From: Octopus sinensis
Taxonomy: Eukaryota
DNA length: 64,000 bases
NCBI RefSeq assembly: GCF_006345805.1
Contig: NC_043009.1
Span: forward strand, 39,308,001 to 39,372,000
Direction: 5' to 3'
The position numbers and the translations under genes are program-made. Positions 51,568 through 64,000 of this stretch are shown one piece after another (the stretch's first letter is position 1; every line of letters starts with the position of its first letter). The notes under the pieces are model-generated. The model saw only the letters and a program-made list of their open reading frames with translations. It was not told the origin of the DNA and searched no databases.

Positions 51568-53011
51568 TTCTCTCCCCCTCTCTCTCACTCTCTCCCTTTC
51601 TGCCTTTCCGTCTCTCAAGTGGTTTTTGCTTTCTTGGGCTTGTCTTATTTTAATTGCTTGTGCCAACATCCAATTCATCTACGAATAATTCCGGAATCAA
51701 TTATCGTTTGTCACTTTGAAAGTATCTCTTTGATCTCTGGGTATTTGCTCTGTATACTATTTAATATTCATCAATTCAAATTTATTGTATAGGGCAGATA
51801 AAATTACTTATGGGTCATAACAATCAGTAAACGTCGTTGAAGCATTCTAGTTAAGTGCACCAAATTCTTCAGATTGGGAGTAAATAGGGTAACTAATATA
51901 TGAGTTTCTGATGTTACATTCCCTTTGGTCTTTGATTTTATAGTTTTTGTCAAGATAGCTCCCTTTGTGCTTCCGCAGTCTGTTCTTGTAATATGCGACT
52001 AGATTTTTACATCGTACTGATTCAATTATACTGAACTAAGTATTTATAAAGTTTCATTTTGATTAATGATCAATTAACCTTGGATTTATGGTTACATATA
52101 TTCTACAGGACTTTCTTAACCTTTTCCATCGAAATTTCTTCTCAGTTAGGTCTCTACATATCTTCAAAAGAGGTATTATCTGTAGTACTTACATTTTACA
52201 TTGGTATTGACCTAACGGCTACTTTTTGACCCTAGGTCACTCCTCATTGAGTAAACATATGATTATAGGCAGATCAGCCATGACCAATCTTGTCTATTTG
52301 TATAACAAGAATTAAATTTTCCAAATATGCTTCATTTTCAAGACCTTTGTGATCTATTTGAAGGATATCGGAATCATGAAACCACATATAAATCCCTTCA
52401 TGAGATCTGCATTAGCGTAATTGATTATAGATAACATGTGTATTCTCTACATCATTGCTTAATTATAAATCGCCATTAGAACGTCCGCATGACTTGAAGC
52501 TTGGCATTTAATAGCAAACCGAAGTTTCAGCGTTTAATTACGGTATCATCTCGAATATCATTTACACCCTTGGTGTAAATGTAATATGGAAAGGTTAAAA
52601 ATCTAGAATTTCTCTCCATTGAATTATCAGTTCTACATTCCTTTCCAGTTCTTCAACTCGAAATATTCATTCTGGGGGAAATGTAAATCTGATCTTGTTT
52701 ATATTCTACGCATTATGGTTAAACATGCAGATACACAAAGTGAAAGCGAATTACACACTAGGATATAAACAAATGAATTAAACAAATAAGTGCCTATAGC
52801 AGATTGCTTTGGTGAAAACTTTTCCAGTCATTTCTTAAACATTTCTTCATATTTCAGATCATGTTATGCTTACATTGTAGGAAGATTTTGACAGAAGGAA
52901 GTATACTTACGTATTTTTGGTATGGCTTCTACATCACAATAGCTCTTTATTTTAACTCCGAGACTCTCGGTTCTTCGAATATTATTGTATGTAGTGTGTT
53001 TGTTTGTTTGT

Positions 53012-53428
<417 letters not shown>

Positions 53429-53820
53429 TCAGGTCGAGTAAAAAGTAGCACTTTGGTTGAATCATGAAATTTACCGGATGTTTGCAGAGTTTTGAATGTT
53501 TTTTTAACATTTTTTTTTTTGCAATTGCATCAATAAATTAACATTGATATTTTTTCCAGCGTTGTTACGATCATTTGAAATGGAACTGTCAAAGCGTGAT
53601 GTGCGACCACTTTGGCTATTCAACTTCAAAAGAGGACGTAAAACAGCTGAAACTGTGCATGATATCAACGAAACATTAGGTGAGGAAACGACCAGAGAGT
53701 GGTCAGGTCGAAATTTTTTAGATTTCACAGTGGAGGCCTGTGCCTTGAAGATCGTGAGTGTAGTGGACACCCATCTATCATCGATGACGGTCAATTAAAG
53801 ACCGTCATTGAGAAAAATCA
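53429..53820 (+). mobile_element. Mariner 5' fragment (left end + HTH region)
   Basis: TA|TCAGGTCGAGTAAAAAG end. ATG at 53580: MELSKRDVRPLWLFNFKRGRKTAET...; frameshift to RFHSG..LEDRECSGHPS. Confidence 0.8.
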
Positions 53821-54261
53821 ATGTATGTGTGTGTGTGTGAGTGCGTTCGTATGTCCGTACGTATGCACCCGCGCGCGCGCGATTGTGTGTATGGGGTGTG
53901 CAAGAATGGCTCTCTCATTATTCCCAGGTACAATCTCACTGCTTGCTAACATGTGCTTCCTTCGTGTAATGGTACTTCGGACCGACGAAAGCCTTGTGCG
54001 TTCGTTTGTTGTTGGAAAACACACATATATCAGTGTATTTGATTGTGTTTGTGTTTGTCCCATCACCACTTAACAACCGGCATTAGTTTGTTCGCGTTCT
54101 CGTACCCTAGTAGTTCGACAATGAATGGGATTGACAGAATGAGAACTAGAATTATTAGAATTGAGTACCGGAGTCAATTCACTGGGATCATTTCTTCAAC
54201 ATGGCCACACTCTAATTGGAACAAGTAAATGGTAAAAGATAAAAGTTGCATATATATAGGA

Positions 54262-54561
54262 GCACTCCGCCAGTTATGACGACGAGGGTCCCAGCTGATA
54301 TGATCAACGGAACAGCTTGCTCGTGAAATTAACGTGCAAGTGAGTGAGAAATCCAAAGACACGTACCCCTAACGTTGTTCTCAGGGATATTCAGCGTGAC
54401 AAGGCCGGCCCTTTGAAATACAGGTACAACTCATTTTTGCCAGCTGAGGGGACTGGAGCAACGTGAAATAAAGTGTCTTGCTCAAGGACACCACGCGTTG
54501 CCGGGAATCGAGCTCACGACGTTACAATCGTGATTCGAATGCCCTAACCACTAAGCCACGC
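54262..54561 (-). mobile_element. tRNA-derived SINE: CORE-like body Y + tail 1
   Basis: The head and CCTTGAGCAAGACACTTTATTTCAC body match 46295 and 49121. The TTCAAAGGGCCGGCC...GGAGTGC tail matches 45470. Confidence 0.85.
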
Positions 54562-54589
54562 ATATACATATATATAATTGAAATTTAAA

Positions 54590-54725
54590 GAAAGACAAAA
54601 GACAAAGACAGGTGTATGAACAACGAACAGGCGTTCGATGCTCGGGAAAGTGAAAAAGTTTTTTTTGTTTCGAGCCTTAGCTCTTCGATAGAAAGGAAGA
54701 CGAGAAAATAACAGAGAGCGAATAA
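54590..54725 (-). mobile_element. Solo Penelope-like pLTR fragment
   Basis: Minus strand TTTCTATCGAAGAGCTAAGGCTCGAAAC...CTTTTTCACTTTCCCGAGC matches the terminus at 23530-23640. Confidence 0.6.
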
Positions 54726-56012
54726 AAGAAAAATAAATTGTGGATTTAGCGGTAAGCATACACACACACACACACACACCACACACACACACACACACAC
54801 TCTCTCTCTCTCTCTCACTCACACACACACACACACACGTACACATTCAATGACTGCACCTAGCTCTCAGGCTTGAATATGAGTTAGCTGTATAATCATT
54901 TGGGACAATTAATCTCCAAAATTAAATTCTTGCTAACTCGTACTGACAGAAGAAAATATATAAACTTCGTTCGAAATCGTTACCGGTCATCTTGGTCTTG
55001 CTTGGCATTTGTCATTTAAGTATGGATATTACGTGTGTATATTTAGAAAGTGTTATGTGTTCACACAACAATGTGTCACCATAATCCATTATGGAAAATG
55101 TCATCACCTCATTTTGTTATATTTTTTTTCTATGCAGAAGTCCAGCAGCATTGGGGAATTGGTGTCATGTGCAGACTTAACGTATTGGAAACATATAGTC
55201 ACGAATCTGTCCAAGGGCAGTGAGAGATCTTTCAACATTGAATAATGAGATGGATGCCATCTGACAAGATGAAGTCATCATTATAGAATGTATAAATGGA
55301 TGGACGGATCGATAGATGTAGATTTTGTTTTTATAATTTAGTTAGCGTTTTCACTATATACAGGGCCTTGGACTGAGAGAAAAAACTGGCGGCCAGTATA
55401 CCTGCTACAGATCGGATTCCTTTAAAGGCAGCGAACATATGGGCTAGTGGTTTGAATGTGGACGATGGATTTGGGTTTTTGAACCCCAAAACTAAAGAGC
55501 TAAAAAATCTTTCAGTTTAATAATCTTAGTTTTCTAGTAATCCACGACCCGTAGATCGATACATTTAATTGATTGAAAAAGTCGAAGGGCTAAGTTGACT
55601 TCGATGAGATTCGAACACAGATCACGCATTTTATTTATGCTTTAAACGCATTGCTAATTCGCCGTCGTTTTTCGTATGTGTGCGGGTTGTGTTGTGTCTG
55701 TTTGTTTTCCTGATTAAAGTTTCAGATTCTATGTTGACCAATTCAGTGGCAAGACTGTTAGGGAATTTAAGAAAACAAGTCTTTTTATATTTCGTCATCT
55801 TTGGTACTGACATAACATCACAGGGGATATTAATAAATGGTGTTGTAGAAATGAAGAGATCAAATTCTGTCAAGCGCATTCAAAATTAGCTGGAAAATGA
55901 TCCAAGCATGTTAAATCAGATATATATTCTGTTGCTTCATATAAAATGAGCATAAAGCTGAAGGTGCATTGTGGATTTGCGATTCGCCCACTCATCGTCA
56001 ATACACCATATA

Positions 56013-57217
56013 TTAGGTCATCCCATAAGTTCTGTCCGATTTTTCCTTTTTTAAAATTGAATGAAATTTAATAGTATTTTAGAATGTCTAATGGAATTAA
56101 AAATTATTTTTATGCATTTGTGTACATTTAAACTAATTAAATATTATTTTATAGAATAATAAAATTAAAATTTCTTTGATTAAAACTCTTTCTAACATGG
56201 AAGTATCCAAAGAGCATTTGAGGCACATAATGATTTATGAGTACAGAAATGGAAACTCTGCAGCCCACGCGACTCGAAACATACACTCAGTTTATTGGAA
56301 AGAATGCTTGAATGAAAGAACTTGCAGAACATGGTTTGCAAAATTCATAAGGGGAGATTTCAGCCTTGAAGCTGAAGATCGAACAGGAAGTCCAGTTGAA
56401 TTTGATGATAAGCTTTTTGAAGCATTACTTGAAGAAAATCCTGCATTATCAGTTGAAGAATTGGCAATAAAGCTTAGTTCAAACCATACAACTGTTCATC
56501 CTCTTCAACAACTTGGAAAGGTGCCTAAACTAGGAAAATGGATGCCTCGTGAATTGTTCGAAAGCAACCACAAATTCCGAGTTGATATTTGCTCTTCTCT
56601 CCATTCTCGCGAACTCATTTCTCCCTTTTTGGATAGATTTGTGACTGGTGACGAAATATGGTTCTTCTATCGAAATGTTAAACGTCGTAAACAGTGGCTT
56701 GGTAAAAGGGAAAAAAGCTCAACTACAACCGAGAAGAAAAATTCAGGAAAAAAAGGTTCTCTCTATCTGGTGGGATTGCAGAGGAGTAATTCACGTTGCA
56801 TTCTTACTACCTAATGCAACAATCGATGCTCAAGTCTACTGTCAGCAATTATATCTTTTGAACCAAGCTTTGAAGAAAAAAAACCTGCTAAAACAGCTTG
56901 GTTGGGAAAAAATTCCTCATCCATCTTATTCTCTCGATCTTGCTTCTTCAGACTACCACTTGTTTCGTAGTGTACAGAATCATTTGGGGTTCATAACTTT
57001 CGCAAGCCAGGAAGAGGTCGAAACTGACATTTCAGAGTTCGTCGCTTTGAAACCAAAATAGTTCTACATTGATGGGATTAAATAGCTTGTAAATAGATGG
57101 AAGGAAATCATAGATAATCAGGGAAAGTATATTGATGATTAAATTTCAATTCAATATAACATTTGATCATCTGTTTTCTTTATTCAAAATTTGGACAGAA
57201 CTTATGGGATGACCTGA
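56013..57217 (+). mobile_element. Near-full-length mariner (1205 bp) with a transposase pseudogene (56197-57142)
   Basis: 25-bp TIRs with 1 mismatch (T[T/C]AGGTCATCCCATAAGTTCTGTCC) and TA flanks. Motifs WMPREL (WVPHEL), VTGDEIW and HPSYSLDLASSDYHLF (YSPDLAPSD). A frameshift, stops, and loss of the HDNA segment. Confidence 0.95.
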
Positions 57218-57517
57218 TATATCTTAACACATTGAAGCCCAAATGTCAAACGACTTCCTCATTAAAATATGCTTATATTGTTCCCAGTATATATACATGT
57301 ATACATGTGTGTGTATGTGTGTGTATCTGTGTGTATGTGCGTGTATGTGTGTGTGACTGTGTATATGAGCGGGCATGTGTGTCACGGCGCTCAACACACA
57401 TTTTGAACTGCGGTTAATATTTTTGTATATATTTCGAAGCACATGTAGTTAGCAAACATCCCCTATCTCCATCGTTCCCTGAATCGCTTAATTTCTCCAT
57501 CTATCTATCTATCTATC

Positions 57518-57566
<49 letters not shown>

Positions 57567-57626
57567 GCCTATCTGTCTGTCTGTCTGTCTCCCCCCCTCT
57601 CTCTCTCTCTATCTATCTTTATATAC

Positions 57627-57684
<58 letters not shown>

Positions 57685-57933
57685 GTTTGTAACTTACGTA
57701 CAGTTGACACAAATTTTGATTGCTCAACTTTTAGTAGCCTTAAATATTCATCACAGGACATGATAACATGAATCAAAACCTGTTCATAAACCGATCTTGC
57801 CGGAAGCGCACGAATGACTGCAAACATTCATTCTTTGTGTTTCTTTCTCACTCTTTTTTCTCTTTTTCACTCTCTGTGATCCTCTATGCACTGTATACTT
57901 ATATATTCCTACAGGAATACACACACACACACA

Positions 57934-57976
<43 letters not shown>

Positions 57977-58112
57977 CATGTATATATATATACATAAATA
58001 TATATGTAAATAATATATATACATATGTGTGTGTATGTATATAGGTATAAATATGTACACAATTTTGTATATATTTACACCCCAATATAATTGTCTCTAT
58101 CCACATTGATAT

Positions 58113-58186
<74 letters not shown>

Positions 58187-58364
58187 ATATATATATAAAT
58201 GCATACTTATGCATATGTACATTAATATATATGTATATATGTATTAAGACTATATATATATGCACATACATATTTCTGTTGGTATGCATTTAGAAATGGT
58301 TGTATATACTTATGTACGTGTCTGTGTATGTATGCATATACATACATACATACATACACATATG

Positions 58365-58432
<68 letters not shown>

Positions 58433-58899
58433 ATATATACATATAAACACCTCATTTGTTTTCTCTATCGCGTGGATATACGAAATACTCTCTTATACTA
58501 ATCACTGTGTCTCTTCTCGTATGTTGTGTGTGTGTATACATACTTCTGTGCGCGTTCGATTGTGCACATGTACGCGAGCGCGTAGTGTATGTGTGTTTAT
58601 GGTAATAACATCCGATAATAAGTAGTGCCATTTTTATTTCTATCGTGTCGTTATTCCAATCGAAGCAACCACTGTCATGTATCCTTATAAGCAGTGATAT
58701 TATTAACTAGCTCCCATATAATTTCCTTCCGATCTTCAATATTATTACTTTCAATCCCATATAAAAATCAATAGTACCTGATCTAATGCTCTACCTTGTC
58801 GGACCCCCCACCCATGATAATGTTGTTTCTACTGACACAGTATTTCATATTATTAGCAATAAAGTTTGTTTTTTTTTCCTTTCATATTCATTTCTTTTT

Positions 58900-59176
58900 A
58901 TATTGTTTTTTTTTCTCTTCCCTTTGTTTTATTTATACTTGTTTCATTTGAATTCTTTACATTCTCCCTGCCTCACCTCTTTCTCTCTCTTTCTCTCTCT
59001 CTCTCTGGTTTTCTCCTTCTCTCTGTGTGTTTCTTTGTCTTTATTACTCTCTCTCTCTCTCTCTCTCCTGCTTTCTCTCAGTCGTTATTTCGCCATCTAT
59101 CTTTTTAGATAGTTATTTCTCTTTCTCTTTCTCTCTCACTCTCTTTCTCTCACTCTGTCTCTGTCTGCTTGTCTTC

Positions 59177-59222
<46 letters not shown>

Positions 59223-59771
59223 GTTCCCCTCTATCTCTTTCCTTAATAATTTGTTTTAAGTCTACACCTGCTTCTTTTCTTCCTCACTCTTCCTTCCTCC
59301 CACCCCCTCTTTCCATCTTCTTTCAGCCTCTCTCGTCCTCTCTCTCCCTTCTCTTTCCTCATCTCTCTTCTTCTTTCACTACCCCTTTCTCTTCTTTTTC
59401 TCTCTCACTCCCTCTCTCTCCAGGTGTTTCACCTATAACCCTGGTAGTAACTATTTCTCTCTGTCTGTTTGCCTGTCTCTTTCTCCCTATTAATTTGTAT
59501 TTACTCTTCGTCAACTTCTTTCCCTTACTCCTCCCCTCTCTCTCACCTCAATTCTCTCTCACCTCTACTCTCTCTCTCTCTCTCTCTCTTCCCCCCACCC
59601 GCTCTATCATTCCCTTCATTTTTCCTAATCATTTACCTTTCCTCTTCGCTTATTCCCTTTCTCTCTTACGGATTTCACCTTTAGCCTTACACGAGATTGT
59701 GTTCTTTTTCCTCTCGTTCATTCCCTCTATTCCTCTCACAATTCCGTCCTTCTTTATATCCGACCCCTACC

Positions 59772-59829
<58 letters not shown>

Positions 59830-59835
59830 TTCTCT
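58900..59835. repeat. About 930-bp pyrimidine-rich (CT)n/(CTAT)n tract
   Basis: Directly visible strand asymmetry. Confidence 0.9.
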
Positions 59836-60399
59836 CAAACAAAAAAATCTATAGGTTTAATTGGGGTTCGCTCGCCAACCATGTTATCCAATCATGAAAA
59901 AAGCAGCTGCGTAACTAGTCAAACGAAGCAGATCAATCAACGTTCTCCTAAAACTGTCTTTACTGAGTATGATTGATGATCGCCTTGCCGACCGGACAAC
60001 CGGAATGCCAGTCCAGCATTAGAAAAACCAAGGGGTAAAAGCAATAAATAAATGCATATATCGAAGAATTAGAAATATTCCCACTTCTCTAATTATTCTT
60101 CATTATATTTCCGAACTAGTTGTAAAACAAGTTCACGGGGAAGCCGGGTGGAGGTGGTGTTAACGTCAATGGAAAGTCAGCCTCTGACAACAGTAACTTG
60201 AAAGAGATAGCTATAGTTTAGTGAGTAACATGGTCTATTAATCATAAAACTTGTACACTAATGATGTACAGTTATTATAGGTCATATTTTTGCCTTATTA
60301 CACCCATTTGGCATTTGATGGAGTTCGAAGGGAAGTAATGATCGTATAATGCCTATAATAAACACTTCTAAATGCCGTACTAAAGATACACCGTTCCTC

Positions 60400-61480
60400 G
60401 CATCACTGTTATTACTCATCACCGTCGGTGTCGTTAACGTCCTCCTTGCCGTTGTCGTCGTCGTCGTCGCCATCATCATCATGATCATCATTATCATCAT
60501 CATGATCATCATCTTCATCATCATGATCATCATCGTCATCATCATCATGATCATCATCATCATGATCATGATCATCATGATCATCATGATCATGATCATC
60601 ATGATCATCATCATGATCATCATGATCATCATCATCATCATCGGCAGCAGCAGCAGCATTAGCTGCAGCAATATGACCATCATCACCACCAACTACAACT
60701 TCCCCTTCTTCTTCCTCTTCTTCTTCATCTTCTTTTTCTTCTTCTTCTTCTTCTTCTTCTTCGTCTAATTGTTTTTCCTCCTCCTCCTCCTCCTCATCAT
60801 CATCATCATTACCAGCGCCGAGATCCTTGTCCTCCTTCTCGTCATGCTCACCTCCGTCATAACCATGATGATGATAATACTCCTGATCATCCCATAACTA
60901 CCACCATTAACAAGAACACCAACACAAACATCCTCTTCCTCAACATGACGACGACGACGATGATGATGATGATGATGATGATGATCACCGCCATCATGAC
61001 GAAGCTGCTGCTGCTGCTGATCATCATCATCATCATCACAGTCATCATCGTCACCATAACCATAGCAATTACCTTCACGCATCATTGCACATGCACCTTC
61101 ACTAACCTTCAACCATACAACCTTTCCACCAAAAACAACAACAACTCGACCACCACCACTACCACCACCACCACCACCACCACCACCAACACCAACAACG
61201 CCAACAACAACAACAGCCCCAATACCAATCCGACGAAAATGGTGTTTAATAACATGGTAAACAACAATCGGCAGCTGTTGCAGTAGTAACGGTACATTTT
61301 GAATCCGCCCCAATTTTATTTGTATCTTCTTATTTCTTCTTTTTCTTGTTCTTGTTATTCTTGTTCTTGTTCTTCTACTTCTTGTTGTTTTTGTTGTTGT
61401 TGTTGTTGTTGTTGTTCTTCTTCTTCTTCTTTTTCTTCCTCTCCTCCTCCTCCTCCTCCTTCTCCTCATCCTCCTTATCT
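60400..61480. repeat. Mosaic of trinucleotide repeats (ATC/ATG, TTC, CCT, GAT, ACC, AAC, TTG)
   Basis: Directly visible. Confidence 0.95.
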
Positions 61481-61985
61481 CTGTTGTGACAAACATGGCT
61501 GAAGACGTGTGGCACATAATTAACCAAAAGCTATTAAGAAAGTCTTCGTATTTCATTTTTCTCACCTGCTGCCAGAAACAAACATTCTCCACGAGTTATA
61601 ACACAACACGGCAGCAGCACTCTCGCCCCTGCAATAATCATCACTAACATCAACAACAACAACAGCAAGACTTGTAAATGACCCAGCTGCAGCAGCTTTT
61701 CTCTACTACACGACGCTAACTATCCGCCATTTCTACTAGCTTTTAGCTATTCAACTTAGAGTAATTTAGTCAAACATCTCGACCCAGTGTTTACTTTGTT
61801 TAAAATTTGGTATTTGCTATTTATTTTATCGGTCTATTGAACCCAACTGCTAAGTTAGGGAGAGAAAGAGACCAACAGTGGTTGTTAAGGGATTCCATGA
61901 AATCACAAACATAAACACACACATGCATATACACTTACATACATGCTTACATGCATATGTATGCATGCAAGTATGTATGTATGCA

Positions 61986-62102
<117 letters not shown>

Positions 62103-63750
62103 TAGTGTGCATGGATGTGTATATGTACATATATATATCAAGTGTGAATGAATGTATGTATTTATAAATATATACAGAACATTATTACTCGTGAGAGATA
62201 AGAATGTTAGTGGTCGCAAACTTAAAACCGTATAGGCCAAATTTATAGATTTATATAAGAATTACATATAACAAAGGCATTAAGAACCACGAGCTTTGCT
62301 AAAAATAGGAGTCAAAAATACTCCGAAACCACATGAATTAGCACTAGCTTTGTTTGGCAGGAATGGCCGAAAAAAAAACTAAATGAATAAGGATTGCGTC
62401 TTCCCTCTGGAAAATTGCAAGAAGGAATGCCATTTAACCTGGAGTCGTGATTTCGAATTTAGTGCCAAACGTTCTTGATTCTCTTTAGTCAAATCTACTC
62501 ATAACAATACCTATATTTCATTTCAAACAATGCCTGTGTTCGTTTCAGGCCCTCAGCCGCATTGAAACAAAGAATTAAATGTTAATATATATTCTTTTAT
62601 TCTTTTACTCGTTTCAGTTATATATACATACACATACATGCTTACGCACAGAGACATACATACATACATACATGCACACACACACACACATACATACGCG
62701 CAAACACACACACACACATACATACACATATATATAACTGCACGTGCACTCCTTATTCCTTCTTTCCCTTTGAACTTTCCTCTCTTTCCTGTTTCCGTCG
62801 CAGAACTATACCTGAAACGTGAAACAACAACTCTCTTCTTTCTCCGAGCGTCATATCAATGCATTGCTTGTGCAACGGCATCACGTTTGTTTGTATTTTT
62901 CGTTTTCCATTTTCTCTGTTTTTTAATTGACTACACTCACACACATACACATATATCTTTGTATATACATTACAAAGCAGGTTTCAACTGAGTTTCCATC
63001 TGTCAAAGTTACAAAGCATTAGTAGTGAGAGTGCTATAGTGAAAGACAGTTGCTAAATGCGCCACGCAGAGGTGGCTGAACCTAGAACCATGTCGTTACG
63101 AAGCAAGCTTCTTACTCGCACGGCCATTCCCGCCCAAAGGATAATTATAACTCCGTTAATCATCATATTTACAGTAACATTGACCCAAAACTGGCAAGGT
63201 TCCTTGAGTAAGTCTAGCTGATCCTTGCAAGATTCGAGTTAGATCGTGTTTGAGAATAATTTGTTTTTCTGTCTTTCTACCCGCCCTGAAACGGCTGTAA
63301 AAAAACCCATCTACACTGCGTTAAATGGTGGTGATGGTGGCAGGGGTTTAGAAACCTGATTAAATCTTGGTGTATTATCTACTTCCAAGTTAATCAAAAT
63401 ATAGAGGCAGCTCCTATGAAAAAGAGGATACAACTTACTTAGAATAAGAATATCATAACATTCAGAATTGATGCTCTAAACTAGCTAATATATGGAATCT
63501 AAATACTTTGGAAACTTTCCAAGCACTGCATTACACATCGCCTTACTATTCTATATAATGATGCATTTCGTCACTAACATTGTTTCATTTCCAGATTATT
63601 ATAAAACAGAATGTAGTATTGCGTTAAAAGAAAAAGAAGGAAAAATAAAACAAACAAAAAGAAAGCAAACAGCAGAAAGAAAAAAAGAACAATATCGTAA
63701 TATTTCATCTGTCGCTTTTGTAAAAAAAACAACACACACACTTACATACA

Positions 63751-63790
<40 letters not shown>

Positions 63791-64000
63791 GTCATCATCG
63801 TCAGCGAGCGCATTATGTTTTAAACAATCATCAGTTTCGAAAGAGTAGATTAGATATATCACAGTCTAATCTAGTTTTGCCGTTGCTCTTAAGCTTCCTA
63901 CACAATATTAGAATATATAGAAACCAATAAAATCAACGTTTTTCTAAATTATAATATACTGCAGATACAGTGGAAGGAGACAGTTTGTCCAGATCTGTGC

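Noticed and set aside
60765-61592. 275-aa ORF
   Set aside because: Almost entirely trinucleotide repeat translation with no domain signature.

Overview
AT-rich, microsatellite-dense eukaryotic DNA with no long intact gene and no prokaryotic features such as CRISPR arrays or operons. The repeat landscape resembles octopus (coleoid cephalopod) intronic or intergenic DNA; this is from recall and is not verified. Most listed ORFs are microsatellite artefacts. Recognisable content: several tRNA-derived SINE families (four with clear 12-19 bp TSDs), three mariner relics, a maT/Tc1-like relic, a Tigger/pogo relic, a complete non-autonomous Helitron, a TIR MITE carrying TTAGGG-like repeats, Penelope-like (PLE) relics, CR1/L2-type and R4/Dong-type LINE fragments, and local duplications of 105, 221 and 931 bp. 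The most notable signals are: (1) a well-formed type I hammerhead ribozyme fold at 49582-49642 plus three decayed or variant hammerhead-like motifs; (2) combinatorial module shuffling among SINEs and a SINE trimer inserted as one unit; (3) a candidate small spliced minus-strand gene (about 7.9-17.1 kb) open in two reading frames.
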